DNA of 64,000 nt from Eledone cirrhosa (lineage: Eukaryota). Position 1 is the first letter of the stretch, and the number at the start of each line of letters is the position of its first letter. The translations under genes and the position numbers were made by a program. Location of the stretch: positions 242,730,001 to 242,794,000 of the forward strand of contig OZ024743.1 of NCBI GenBank assembly GCA_964016885.1, given 5' to 3'. This document shows, piece by piece, positions 26,930 through 41,581 of the stretch. A model generated the notes under the pieces. It was given only the letters and a program-made list of their open reading frames with translations. It ran no database searches and had not been told where the DNA came from.

Positions 26930-27369
26930 TTTAGCTTCAACATAGTTGTATACATATATGTATGTGAATTTTGTGTCTAAAGATATACAGTATGTTTAAA
27001 ATATAAACATTTTGAAAGGCCAGCTATGAATATTGAAAGGCTGATGACCAACGCCGTCTACCGGATTCCAGTAGAAGCAGTGAGGGATAACTGCCTATAC
27101 GTATTTTGAGCTGATGGTTCTCATCAGGACAGTGCCTTTCTGCTGCTTTCTGCTAGAACTTGAGTAAATATCATATATTCTCGCCTGTGTAGTGGGTTGA
27201 TTAGCCTCATTTGCATATGAAGCTGTATAAGTTGGCTCAATTTAAAAGTAGAATTAAGATTTAGCTTCAACATAGCTGTATACATATATGTATGTGAATT
27301 TCATATATCTAAAGGTATATGGTATGTTTAATAAATAAACATTTTGAAAGCCCAGCTATGAATATCGAA
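26930..27369 (-). mobile_element. Retrozyme-like ~330-bp partial tandem repeat
   Basis: 26930-27037 recurs at 27259-27369; the unit carries a hammerhead motif and is flanked by microsatellites. Confidence 0.65.
27090..27133 (-). ncRNA. Type I hammerhead ribozyme motif (GAAA changed to AAAA)
   Basis: acuguc-CUGAUGA-ga..uc-AAAA-uacgua-UA-ggcagu: 6-bp stem I, palindromic stem III AUACGUAU. CGAAA to CAAAA fits CpG decay. Confidence 0.7.
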
Positions 27370-28167
27370 TGTGTGTGTGCATGCATGCGCATGTATGTGT
27401 GTATGTATGTGTGTGTGTGTGTGTGTGTAAAAAGGAAACGCAAATAACAAAGCAAAAAGCACAGTACAATGAAGAAATATATTAGTTTAATGCTTGTGTA
27501 TATATGTATACATATATATACATATATATATACACATACATGGGAAATAGAAGCTATATCTTGTTCAAATTGTGTTGGCAATTGTAAGAATGAGTGCTCA
27601 ATACCATTATTAAGGATGCTAATGGCCCATTGATCTGGAGTTTCTCCTGTATTATTACAGGATCATAGACCCACCCTGCCACTCACTTTCACACAAACAC
27701 ACACACATACACACACACTTAGATTTTTTGGCACAGTTAATATAGGATTGTAAAGAGAAAGAAGACTAGATTTCCAATGATACAGGATTAGACCATAAGA
27801 TATATGATGGGAAGGAACTCTCAAGTAATTGTGAACTAATCATTTTTCCCTGAGATCAAATAAATGTTATTTTTTAGAACTTGAGATAATTTATAAATGT
27901 GAAAGATTTGAGATGCATAGTCTCTAGAAATGAAATGAAATAGGGACAGGTGGAAACATGGAAGGTTTTGATGGTCCACAGCAGATTTTATGACCTACTG
28001 TGTGTTGTATAATGTGATTGAAAGTAAATTTGTTTCATGGTCCCTGATGTTTTCCTCCTGAATTCTGTGGACGACCTTCTGAAAAAGGTTGTGTATCATT
28101 GGCTAAAACTATGTTGAAATGACTGAAAATGCCAAACTCTAAATAATAATAATAATAATAATAATAC

Positions 28168-29690
28168 TTCAAACGGCATGCTTACTAGGAACAGCAAGAA
28201 CCCTCCGATACGTCCTGAATATCTGAGGTTGCAGGTAATGGCTTGATGTTCATTTGAACAAACTTTCCAGTTGAATAACATCAATGACTGAGACTCCAAG
28301 AAAGTAATAATAATGATACTTATTGATCTGTCGAATTTGCATACTGATTGATCTGGCTTATTCATTTGATACTAGGATTGTTAAGAAAGTAGATGAAAAG
28401 GAGGAAATATACAACCCCCTAAACTTTGAGATTGCGAGAATTGGGAATATGAAATCTGTAAAGATTGTGCCTGTGATAAAAGGTGCATTTGGGATTGTGA
28501 GTGAAGAAATAGACAAATGGATAAAAGAAAACTGGCGTGGAGTGTCTTGTAGAGCTTCTACAGAAGGTTTGCCTCTTGGGAACAGGGAAAAGATTATCAG
28601 AAGGGTTTTGAGCACTTGATGGCTTATTCAAATCATGTGGATACCTGAGGTTACATGTAGTAAACCTGCTACCCACACAAATCTTACCAGGAATAAGATC
28701 AATCCTAGGGCAAAAAAGAATAAAAGTATTTAATGAAAAATAAAGGAAAATTAATACAAATAACTATGACACATGGACAAAACAAAAAATTATTTTCAGT
28801 TTTCAAGGAAACCAACAAATTCAAAATAGAAGCTAAGTTAACAAATAATTATAATGAAAACATAGAAGAAACAGAAACAGAAATTGTGAAAAGATAAATC
28901 TAAATTGAATAGTTCTCCAGAATGCTATGCTAAAGTGATGGCAAGAAAAACTCTTACATGGAGCAATACCCAATAAAACTGAATAGGGAAGAAGTGGACA
29001 AGCAAAATTCACAAAACTATTTAAGAGGCACTGGCTTAGAAGCTGTGATTGAAGGATTTCTAATTGCTGCAAAAGATCAAAGCCTCCTCATCAGAAACCA
29101 CCAGAAATACATAATGAAGCAGAACACAGTAAATAACTGCAGAATATGTGGCAGTAGGGAAAAAACAATTAACCACATTATCTCTGGCTGTCCAGTCTTA
29201 GCCAAAAAAGAATATATCCAAAGAGATGACAGTCTTGGGATTTATATACAATGGAAGTTATGCCAACACTATGAAATAGCAACAGAAAGAAGGCAGTACA
29301 GATGTACACCAGAAAAAGTGTCAGATAATGACAAAGCAACCATAAATCTGGGATATGCCAATACTCGGAGAGAGGGAGATCAAAGCCAACCAACCGAATA
29401 TTTAGTCAAAGATCACAAAGAAAATAATTGTTTTTACTTTTGGCACAAGGCCAGCAATTACCCAGTACATTACTGGTACTTTATTTTATCGACCCCGTAA
29501 GGATGAAAGGCAAAGTCAACCTTGGCGGGATTTGAACTCAGATCCTGCCAAGGTTGACTTTGCCTTTCATCCTTACGGGGTCGATAAAATAAAGTACCAG
29601 TAATGTACTGGGTAATTGCTGGCCTTGTGCCAAAAGTAGATCACAAAGAAAATAATATCTTCTAATTGATGAATCTATCCCCACAAACCG
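28168..29690 (+). mobile_element. Cluster of three R4/Dong-like (RLE-endonuclease) non-LTR remnants
   Basis: ACLLGTARTLRYVLNI* between (AAT)n tracts; LIDLA..D....K..EK...Y..L..EI.R..VPVIKGAFG; CRICG..EKTINHIISGCPVLAKKEY (zinc knuckle) then ANQP..VKD..LID.SIP. Confidence 0.8.
29429..29637. mobile_element. Hairpin (inverted-duplicated) family-A SINE insertion with 19-bp TSD
   Basis: About 95-bp arms around the loop ttgaactcag; agatcacaaagaaaataat at 29410-29428 and 29638-29656. Confidence 0.9.
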
Positions 29691-30405
29691 ATGCACTAAG
29701 ATTTAGATCAGGTATGACATTAGGCTCTTACAACACTAATGTACCAAGATTTATTAATGAAACTATTAGAAAACTAATGCACTAAGATTTAGACTATGTG
29801 TACCAATGTACGAAGATTTAGACTGCATGTTTGTCATTAGACTATTATTACACCACTAATGTACCAATATTTAGACCATGTGATATTAGACTGTTAAACC
29901 ACTAATGCACCAAAATTTAAACCAGGTGTATCAATAATAAGACTCTTACAACACTAACGTACCAAGATTTAGACAATGTGTGTCAATAAGATAGCTACAC
30001 CACTAATGTACCCAAGAATTAGACCAAGTGTGTCAATAATAAGACTCTTACAACACTAATCTACCAAGTAAGATTTAGACCAAGTGCGTCAACAGTACGA
30101 CTGTTGCAACTCTAATGTACCAAGACTTAGACCAAGTGTGTCAACAGTACGACTGTTACAACTCTAATGTACCAAGACTTAGACCAAGTGTGTCAACAGT
30201 ACGACTGTTGCAACTCTAATGTACCAAGACTTAGACCAAGTGTGTCAACAGTACGACTGTTACAACTCTAATGTACCAAGACTTAGACCAAGTGTGTCAA
30301 CAGTACGACTGTTACAACTCTAATGTACCAAGACTTAGACCAAGTGCGTCAACAGTACGACTCTTACAACATTAAAGAGCTAAACCAAGTGTGTCAATAA
30401 TAAGA
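29690..30405. repeat. 52-bp minisatellite
   Basis: Unit agaccaagtgtgtcaacagtacgactgttacaactctaatgtaccaagactt starts at 30129, 30181 and 30233; flanking copies are diverged. Confidence 0.92.
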
Positions 30406-33053
30406 CTTTGGCCAACTCATGACCATTTGTACAGAAACTGAAAATTATATAAAATATCTTCTTTTAGTTAAAGTGTTTCTTCAATAAACTGCGATGGTGA
30501 GACTGGGGAAAATATGGGAAGCACTAGAAATTATTTAAAAAAACAGTTATCTATTCCTGAGTAATGGATATAAAATTTGCTTGAAAAAAAAAACCTCAGT
30601 AAGTTTTGTTTTCTTTCCTTCAAAGTATGAAGTTTGGTCACTAACAAAGTGACAAGTTCTTTATAATACATATATATATGTATCTGTTTTTATAGGAGTA
30701 TGTATGCATGTGAGTAGCTACTTGGCTCCTGTCCAATCTCTCTCTTTACAACTCTATTTACTCACAGATTGTTTGAATTGCCCTGCCAATTATACATACA
30801 TACATTCACACATATATAACACCAAACACTCAATGTCCCAGTCCTTTTAGCTGTAAGTAAGTACCACTTGGAAGTAAAGCCAGAGCCTTGGTATTAAGCA
30901 CTCTCTGTTAGCTCTAAATTTGTGTCCACTTCTCCCAGTTATGTGATCATTCTCCCAAATAAAATGCACAGCAAAGATGTTTAGTGACTCATTTATTGAT
31001 TGCAGGAAATTATGGTATATTTTATTTCATTATACAAATTTGTATAAAACTGTGATCCTTTAACGGTTCAGTAATGTGCCTCTCTGAGGTCTGTGTCCTA
31101 GACAGCTACTTATTTGGTCATAATGGTAGCATAGGCCCAGCTGGGAAGTGTAGTTCATTCATTGTAGTAAGTAGTAGTAGCATCGTATGATTGGTGAGTG
31201 TTTCATCATTTCATAGTGCAACAGAATTGAACAACTTCTGTAGGTATGCTGCCCTTATTCAGGGAAAAATTTGGGACCTGATCTACCAAATTAACTCTGT
31301 CCCTGTTTGACACATGCTACACATGTTTTAAAAATGAATTACATAGTTAGTCAGGTTATGTGAGCCTTAATCTATCTATTGGACAACTGGCCAGCATTGG
31401 CAAAACTTGAGTACCAGTCAACCAAGATATCATATATAGATATATACATATAATGTGAGCGAAGACAGGAAACTGAATGAATACAAACAGTCCCCCATCT
31501 CCTCTGTTGACTGCTAGAGATACATTGCTTCAGTTCTTATATACACACACTGTTATTCCTGTGATTTTCAAATCATTTTAAAAGGGTAATCAATATAATA
31601 GCCACTATATTAACTCAACCCAACTTTTAATTTTGTTTTGTGGTCCCAGCAGACAAAATGATGTGATACCTTAGAGAATAGTGAAAGAGCCACTTCAACT
31701 TGTGGGTTTCATTCTTGTGGATGGCCTACTTACTGATTACAGTAAGTAGGGAGGTGGTTCAGATTCCCAAGATGTGAGATGTTTCCACCACTATGGTTTC
31801 AACAATAAAACTTTTGTAGAGTAGATATATGACATACTTTTTCAATTTAAAAGACACAAATGAAAATAGTAGAAACATTATTATTTTTTAAAGATAATTC
31901 TAATCTCTACATAGAACACTTATACCTTGTTATACCACATACAATATTGTTGTTGTTATATGCTGGCTTTCACACATACACAGACAACTACATGGTCAAT
32001 TGGCCTACTGTAAATAGCAACTAAACGTCCCTCCTCAAATCATGCACCCTGCCATCTTATAAAAATTGGAACAACACATTGTCCTTATATTATTTACAGT
32101 GTAGTTCTAACTAACTCCTAAAAACATATAAGACAATCAGAGTTGGACACCTCTGATCATGGGAACTATTAAACAGGGATCATCTGGGACAAAACAACAA
32201 TTGCATATATACATGGATTGGATCAACGAAACAGCCTGCTCAGGAATTAACATGTATGTGGCCCAGTATTCCACAGACACATGTACCCTAAATGATTGCA
32301 AAGCAACCATACATCCATACACATATGATAACCCTCCTAGTGACACTTCACAATCTGGTTTTAATTCTCTGGTGGAATTTCAATCTTTTACTTCATTAAT
32401 GCACTTAGAAAACCCATGAATCACATAAGCCAGAATTTTTCTTCCCTGCCTATAAATCTGAAGTTTCAAGTTTATGTAAGAAATCATATATTCTGACTGC
32501 ACACACAAACACACACACATATATATATATGTTTGTATTTATATAATCTGTGTGTATGTATGTATATATATATATATAAATATATTTGTGTATGTGTGTA
32601 TGTATGTGTATATATATGTGAGTATGTGGATGTGTGTGTGTGTGTACGTGTGTGTATGTAAGCATAATCATGTTGGTATAAAATGAGCATAGTTTACCAC
32701 CTGAATCAAATTTACCTCAATATATTACTGTTACTTTTATTATCTACAGTAGAAAGGGTTGAAGGCAAACTCAGGACACTGATATAATGAATTTTATAGA
32801 GTAAAGCAATGAGTTTGGCCTTCAAGTAATCTCAGCCACTTCCACTACCCTAATTATATTAAATATCAATAAATGTTAATTTGTATAAAAGGTTAATCAA
32901 TTAGTTCATAAGAATTTGTGAAAATTTATACAATTTTTCTTTAAAATAATTCTTTTTGTTTTTAAATGAGAAAATAATTTAAGAACAACCTGAACATCAG
33001 AAAAAATTCTGACATCTATGAATCTGCTAATAGCATTCATAAACTTGGTAATA

Positions 33054-33250
33054 ATTGTTTCGACATTTGGTACAAGGTCACCAATTTGAAGGGAAGGAGT
33101 AAATTGTTCAAATTGACCCCAATGCACTACTGGTACTTTATTTTATCAACCCAGTAAGGATGAAAGGCAAAGCTAGCCTCAGTGGGATTTGAACTCAGAT
33201 TGTAAAAGGCTATAATTGTATGCTGCAAAGTATTTTGTCTGCCACCCTCA
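33054..33250 (-). mobile_element. Older family-A SINE
   Basis: Diverged head, body and tail. Confidence 0.7.
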
Positions 33251-35255
33251 TAAAGTTGGTAATAATCTAAGCTCAAAAATAAGACCAGTAGTGTCTTCCC
33301 AATAAAACATCAGATATCTTTAGTTATCAGCTGTGTATAGCAGAAGAGAAGAGGGTATGATGAACAGATACACATACATAGAAAATATACACATACACAT
33401 ACATAGAATACACACACACACACACACACATACATACATAGAAAACATACACATACATAGAATAACCCATGCTAGCGTGGAAGATAGACGTTAAACGATG
33501 ATGATGATGATGATGATGATGATACATAGAAAATATACACACATATATATAGAATACATATGCATACATAAGGAAATGTGTGTGTGCTGAAACACTGTCA
33601 GTTCTGACAAATGTTTCCAGTTGTTCAAACAACAGAATAGACTGCTCATGAAATTAACATGCAAGTGTCTGAGCATTCCACATACACATGTACCCTTAAT
33701 ATAGTTCTCAGAGAGATTTAGTGTGAAACAGTGACACTGCTGGCTTTTTGAATTACAAGTACATCTCATTTTTGCCATCTGCATAAACTGGAGCAACATG
33801 AAATAAAGTATCTTGCTGGATGAGTGAACGGAACAATATGAAATAAAGTGTCATGCTCAAGGACATAACACCTCACCTAATGTGTGTACTGGAACAACAT
33901 GAAATAAAGTGTAAATACTAAATAAAGTAAACACCTTGCCAGATGTGTAAACTGGAACAACATGAAATAAAGTGTTTTGCTCAAGGACACACTTCCTCAC
34001 TGGATGTGTGGACTGGAGCAATGAGAAATACATTATCTTGTTCAAGGACACAATGCTTTGCCAGAAATTGAACTTATGACTTTATAATTGTGAGCTGAAT
34101 ACCTTAACCACTAAGCCACACACCTTCATAAATATACTCAGTGAATGTAGCTGAGTATATCTGGTATAACTCCCCTGACACAACACTATACAGTCAATAA
34201 TATTCCAACATTCATACTGATACAACAAACACTGCACAGTAAATAATATTCCATCATTCATATAACTGCAATAATATATCTACTTCTAGATAAAGCATTG
34301 ACTTCCCATCCTATCCACTTGTTAATTAGCAGAGCAGATAGCAGAAGAAAGAAAGATGGAGGAAGTTTGGGAGCAAAATAATAACAGACTTATTTATGGT
34401 GGCTTCTGATATAAACTGAAAATTAACAAGAGAGATTAAAATAAAATATCGATATCAAATGTAGCTTTTACACAAAAATTGAAACAAACAGAAATCATGT
34501 GTTACTAATTAGCATTACTATTAATAACGAGAAGAGGCACATCTTGAGTTAAATTTAAAATTAAAAAAAATTTTTTTTTTTAAATAACAATTTTAAAATG
34601 AACATAACTCTGGTTAAAGAGAGACAATGAAAACTTCTTGCAATACAACATCTGAGATACATACAAGATATAATCTATATCAGAGATTCTCAAACAGGAG
34701 GTACTTAGCTCCAAGCAGAGACATTTTAGCCTATGGAGGAATTGGACAGGAATCTAAACTATATATATATATATAAATATGTATATCAAATAAAAAACCA
34801 ACATACTCAACTATACTGTGTATATATATATATATATATAACTATATATATATCAAATAAAAAAAATAATATAACCAACTATAGTGTACATTGTATATAT
34901 ATATCAAATAAAATATCAATATATCCAACTATAGTGTAAATTGTGTATCTATCAAATAAAATACCAATATACCCAACTATATATATACATTTGGTATATA
35001 TATGAAATAAAATACCTACATACCCAACTATAAGGGTGATTACACATTAATAGTTCACAAAAAACTGCTGCTTCAGACTTAATCCTGTTTGAGACTCTAA
35101 AATTATTGAGGTTTGGAGATCAAGTGAAAATTTACTAGATGACAATTCAAAATAAGGGAAGAATTGGGGAAAGCTGGGATAGCAAGTGGAGAAATGTCAC
35201 CCAGGTCTATATACTCAAATAGGAGCTCAATTGAAATGATTGCATTAAACTTTTC

Positions 35256-35317
<62 letters not shown>

Positions 35318-35716
35318 GGTATATATTTACCATAATCAATGTGCAACTGCCCCCATTATAAATAATATTTATGTGCACTCTGGGTAGAGGTTTGTGCAAT
35401 TTCAATTTCAGGATATTTCTTTTTAAGGTTTGAAAACCAAGGCATTGTATGGAATAACTAGATGAAAAAGATCTGAAATTCCAATCCAAAGCTCAAGGAA
35501 ATATCAATGTTTTCATATTACATTTGTAATAATTGGCAATAGCGACAAGAACATCAATTTGAATAGCAGCTAAATACATGAAAACTTATGCCCTAATCTA
35601 CATGTTTGATTTAACCTTGTATTAACTATATATTAAATTGTGCACTAAACTGCTGAAGTATAATATACCTTCATATTTGTATTGAAAAACTACAGGACTT
35701 ACATACACACACATAT

Positions 35717-35760
<44 letters not shown>

Positions 35761-35947
35761 AATGGGAACAAAGAATCAGTATTGCATCGAATGCTCATCT
35801 TGGCATACCGCCTGTGAACGCAATTCAATTGCACCTCTACTATATATATATATATCATCATCATCATCATCATCATCCTCATCATCATCATCATCATCAT
35901 CATCATTTTACGTCCGCTTTTCCCCACTTGCAAGGGTGGGACGGGAA

Positions 35948-36000
<53 letters not shown>

Positions 36001-36021
36001 CATATATATATATATAGACAT

Positions 36022-36108
<87 letters not shown>

Positions 36109-36113
36109 GACAT

Positions 36114-36161
<48 letters not shown>

Positions 36162-36732
36162 GGGGGGATTATTTATATATGTATGAATATAGTATGCATT
36201 TTTATGTGTATACATATGTGCATACTTACATGTACATAAGTATGTACATACTTATATACATATATAGACACATACAGACAATTGATGTGCAATGGCTGAT
36301 GGGATAATCACAATAGCTTCTAGATAAAATGCAGTAGGTTGATGTATTGCTGTATTATTAGTGGCACTAAGCTATACTGAATGTAAGGCACTGAAGCTCT
36401 CCTCTGCTCCACTTAGCTGGCAGCAGAGTTAGAAGAACAAAAGCAAAGAGATAACAAGACAAAGGAAATGGCTAGAGCTGGGAACACTTCAGCTAGAGAG
36501 ATAGCAGATAACATCCATTATGCAATACATTTATATATACATTCTAAAGTCTAAAGGTGTTTTGTGTAGCCTAGTGTTGGACTTACGATCATAATGTCTT
36601 GGGTTCGATCTCTGGGCTGGGTTGCGTGTTGCAAAACACCTCATTTCATTATATATACATTACAATACTCATATATATATATATATATACACATACAGTA
36701 GTTCCCAACCTTTTCATATAGTTATATGAAAG

Positions 36733-36775
<43 letters not shown>

Positions 36776-37117
36776 GGGATAGCTAGATACATCATGCTTT
36801 TAAAGATATGTGAAATATTTAAGCCTTTGAGTTCATATTTTAATTAAAGAAAAAAAAAAGGGGGTGGAGGTCTTTAATGTCTATGTGTGTTGTTTGAGGT
36901 GGGAAGAAGGCTATCTGCTTGAGAATAGCACACTAAATATTCTTCCTTATTACATAACAAAACATCATCGAAATGAGATGTTTTAAATACCTGTAATGGT
37001 TCAGTGGTGTTTGAATTATACATGGGCACAGTCCTCCCTCTTCTATAGAAACAGGTTAGATATCTGTTTCTGAAAGTTATATTAATGTGTAAGCACATTT
37101 GTGTGAATAAGGTTAGC

Positions 37118-38110
37118 ACCTGGGTATTCAGCAGCCTAGGCTAGCCTTACAATGTGTACCTGGGTATTTAGTACCCTAAGCTAGCCCTACAATGAATGCC
37201 TGGGTATTTAGCACTCTAGACTAGCCCCACATTGTGTACCTGTGTATTTAGCACCCTAAGCTAGCCTTACTGTGTGTGCCTATGTATTTAACACCCTAGG
37301 CTAGCCCAACAATGAATGTCTGGTTATTTAGCACTCTAAGCTAGCCCTACAGTGTGTATCTGGGTATTTAGCACTCTAAGCTAGCCCTACAGTGTGTATC
37401 TGGGTATTTAGCACTCTAAGCTAGCCCTACAGTGTGTATCTGATTATTTAGCACTCTAGGCTAGCCATACAATGTGTATCTGGTAATTTAGCACTCTAGG
37501 CTAGCCCTACAATGTGTATCTGATTATTTAGCACTCTAGGCTAGCCATACTGTGTGTATCTGATTATTTAGCACTCTAGGCTAGCCATACAATGTGTATC
37601 TGGTAATTTAGCACTCTAGGCTAGCCCTACAATGTGTATCTGATTATTTAGCACTCTAGGCTAGCCATACTGTGTGTATCTGATTATTTAGCACTCTAGG
37701 CTAGCCCTACAATGTGTATCTGATTATTTAGCACTCTAAGCTAGCCCTACAGTGTGTCTGGTAATTTAGCACTCTAGGCTAGCCCTACAATGTGTATCTG
37801 ATTATTTAGCACTCTAAGCTAGCCCTACAGTGTGTCTGGTAATTTAGCACTCTAGGCTAGCCCTACAATGTGTATCTGATTATTTAGCACTCTAGGCTAG
37901 CCATACTGTGTGTATCTGATTATTTACCACTCTAGGCTAGCCCTACAATGTGTATCTGATTATTTAGCACTCTAGGCTAGCCATGCAATGTGTATCTGGT
38001 TATTTAGCACTCTAGGATAGGCTTACAATGTGTACCTGTGTATTTAGCACCCTAGGCTAGTTCTACAATATAAGCATGGGTATTTAACACAATAGTCTAG
38101 CCCTACATTA
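37118..38110. repeat. 40-bp minisatellite (about 25 units)
   Basis: Unit tgattatttagcactctaggctagccctacaatgtgtatc. Confidence 0.95.
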
Positions 38111-40159
38111 TGTGCCCCCTTCTTCCAAATGATAATTTTAACTTACAGTTTGGTAAACTGGCAAACTTAATTTTTCACAATTCTTGTTCTGACTACACTA
38201 AAAAATTTACTAAGCCTGCATTTTCTACTTTACAGTCCACACTTATTCCAAATCATGTGACAGGTCATAACATCATATGACGTTGCTCACCATTTTGGAT
38301 ATTTCCACAACACTGCTATGCAGCAAATATGTTAAGAAAGTTGTTTGTTTAGTGCAGGAAATTATTATATATTTAATTGAGTTATACAAATTTGTATAAA
38401 AGTGTGATCCTTTAAGATTCAGTAATGTGCCTCTTTGAGGTCTATGCTCTAGGTGGCTGCTTTGTTGGCCTTAATGCTAGCACCAGTCATGTGTGTGAAA
38501 TATCATGTGTTTGTGCATGTGAGGAGAATTCAAAAATTTCATTTACTAATTATATGCTTAAATTAAAAATTTAAAATATATGAATACAGAAGTAACCAGT
38601 ACATAACATTTCTTGATGTCTGATATCCCTGACTGGCTCATTCACCTTGGTATAAATAGGTATCATGAGGCAATAGACTTCACATGCTCTAGGCAGCATG
38701 GCTATGGTATTGTGTTAATTTGTGCTGAGTGCACTCTAGCAGGGGTAGCTTGTAGAAGGTCACTCCAAGGCATCCTTCTTAGTGTACATATATTATAGTA
38801 GGGAGATGGAATAATGCTGTTTGGTGTTTAGCTCTTTCTCCAGGAAATTAGCAATGTAAATGATCACAAACCAGAATCAGAGCTGGATTGTAGATTCAGC
38901 TTACAGGTAGTTTAACTTCCATCGAGTTTAACCCTTTTGATACCAACCTGGCCAATTCTATGAAACAAACCCACCCATTTTAAATTAAATTAAAATCTTT
39001 CAGCATAATTTTATATAAGAACCATATGCTAAGTTACTAACCTAGTAATGAAATAAATTTGAGTAATTCCCTCAAAATGATTAATTAATTAATTGAATTA
39101 ATTAATTAATTGAATACAGTGTGTTTAATTAGAAATGCAATCACAAAAGAACTAAGGCACAGTTATTACCCACTGAATAATAAGATTTCTTTGGTTATTA
39201 ATCCTTTTAAAATGTACTATCTCTACAGGTTTCAATGTTTTCCTAACACAACTTACATGAAGTAAAATTAAAATTAAACAAAATATAACGTTATCCATAG
39301 AGGTTCATGTTATGCTTAATAGTTACATTTGTGACTATGTGACCTAGTGGTTAGGGTGTTTGTATCTTTATGGCTATGTGGTAAACAAACATTGCAATGA
39401 GCCACATGTAGTTGAGGGGGTGCTAATGGTAAAGTGGTGCACTGGGTATGATCTCCTTATATACTTTGCAGAATAGGTTTTACTATATAATATGTATGAA
39501 CCCATAACTCCAAATAGAGTCATAAGGGCGTGGTAATGATATATGGCATTCCTTAGGCATGTTTAACTCTTTAGCATTCACATTATACTATTATATTTTC
39601 ATGGTAAAAGCTTTACCTCACATAACTATCTCACATAATATCGAATCTATGAGATTTTGAAAGTATTTATTTTGAGAACAATATCTTATCAGTTTGAGCG
39701 ACCAGTTACAGCCAGTTTCAACAGAAAGAGGTGAGAGAACTCTGGCCAGTTTTGGCCGGTTTAAACATTAAAGGGTTAAATCTGGCAGAGCCCATCTCCT
39801 CTCCAAGACTATGTATACAATATACAGTATGTATATTATAGTTGTCAGAAAAACGCTATGAAAATCATCAATAATTATGGTTTACTGAGACATTATATAG
39901 AAGGTGTACAACCATGTATTACTATATAATATACAATACATACATTATAAACATCAGTTAGAACATTCCTAGGACAATCACCAATAGAAAATAGCCACAG
40001 CAGAATCTAATACATGTTTGGAAATCAACCTATAGAGTAGGTATAGTCCTAATACAGAATTTCGGGCTAAGAATTACAAAATCAACGTATATGTTGGGTT
40101 GACTTTTACGCCACTATGGTAATAGCTAGCATAGCTAGATCAAACTATATATAAGAATT

Positions 40160-40410
40160 TATAGTAATAACTATCATAACTCATGTATAATGATCTTCAT
40201 TATGGTAATATTTAACATAACTCATGTATAATGATCTTCATTACGGTAATAGCTAACGTAACTCATGTATAATAAACTTCATTATGGTAATAGCTAGCAG
40301 AACTCATGTATAATGATCTTCATTACGGTAATAGCTAGCGTAACTCATGTATAATAAACTTCATTATGGTAATAGCTATCATAAATCATGTATAATAATC
40401 TCCATTATAG
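40160..40410. repeat. 41-bp minisatellite (about 6 units)
   Basis: Unit cattatggtaatagctagcataactcatgtataatgatctt. Confidence 0.85.
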
Positions 40411-40991
40411 TTAAAGCATAACTCTGCATTACATTTAGACATTTAGTTTTGTTTGTCAGTGTTCCCAATGTGAAAATATTCAGTAATCCCAAATAGTAAT
40501 TAATCTATTTATACATCATAGAAACATTTATATCTACTGACACGTTTACATATCAATATATTCAAACATGCAATTATAATTTCTCAAAAAAACAAGTAAA
40601 GTCTGAAGACCATTGCGATATGGGAGCACCATTCGAAGACTTTGACAACATGTAGTGTATCTAAAGCAAGACAGTCTGGCAAAGCCCATCCCTCTAGAAT
40701 TGTTTAACTCAGTGCTAAATGCTAATGAGACATTTGTAATAATAATGATAATGATAATAATACAGCACTTCCTTTACATACAGTGGTAAGTCTGTAATTC
40801 TTGACAATTAGGTGGGTTAAGTCATTAAGAGTTAAGTATGTTGGCCATAGACACAGGTTATTGCTAGTGACCACATACAAACTACCGTCAACCCATATGG
40901 CTGAGAATCTGAACCAACCTAGCCAGTCATCAATTTTTTTCTTAAGGGTACACATATGCAAAAAAAAAGCCCCAAAAAGATCTTTCAACTG

Positions 40992-41041
<50 letters not shown>

Positions 41042-41315
41042 AAAAAATCAGGAAAGAAATTATGAATAGAAGGTAAAATTACAAAACAAATGGTTGATGT
41101 AGCGTATTGTGTTTAACCAATGATGGAAAGTATAAAAAAGAACAAAATATAATGACTGATATAATTAAAAATATACATTCTGTTTAAAATGGAGGAGATA
41201 TTTGTGTAGTCACTCTAGCACTACACAAAATAAATAAATAGATGGGTAAAAAAAAACAATTTTTATAAAATCAAAAAAAAAAAATCAGACATTGACGAAT
41301 ACAAATGTACGATAA

Positions 41316-41360
<45 letters not shown>

Positions 41361-41530
41361 GTTGCTTTTTCTTTACTTGCTTTTGTTTTGTTTTTTTCTT
41401 TTTTATGTGGGGGTGGGAGAAAGGAGGAAAATAATGGTCTTTTTTAAATATTTTTTTCTTTTAATATATATATTGATGTTAAGATGTTAGTTCTTCTGAA
41501 ATAAGTCCCTGAGTTAATTCCAGCGAGAGC

Positions 41531-41581
41531 CTAGCCTGTATTCAGCTGGGGGAGAGCTAAGGCATTTAGGTTTGTATTATC
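41531..41581 (-). CDS. Candidate alternative last exon of the HMBOX1-like gene (DNTNLNALALPQLNTG*)
   Basis: Strong acceptor ctgctgtcttcttctttcag|GAT. Phase 0 fits the internal gtaagt donor in exon D, giving VKQEP|DNTN...TAG. Followed by non-repetitive A/T-run-rich, UTR-like sequence down to about 40.4 kb. Confidence 0.5.
   Translation of the reverse strand, partial: DNTNLNALALPQLNTG

Noticed and set aside
29690-30405. CRISPR-like repeat/spacer appearance
   Set aside because: The variable parts are homologous to each other, there are no cas genes and the context is eukaryotic; this is a minisatellite.
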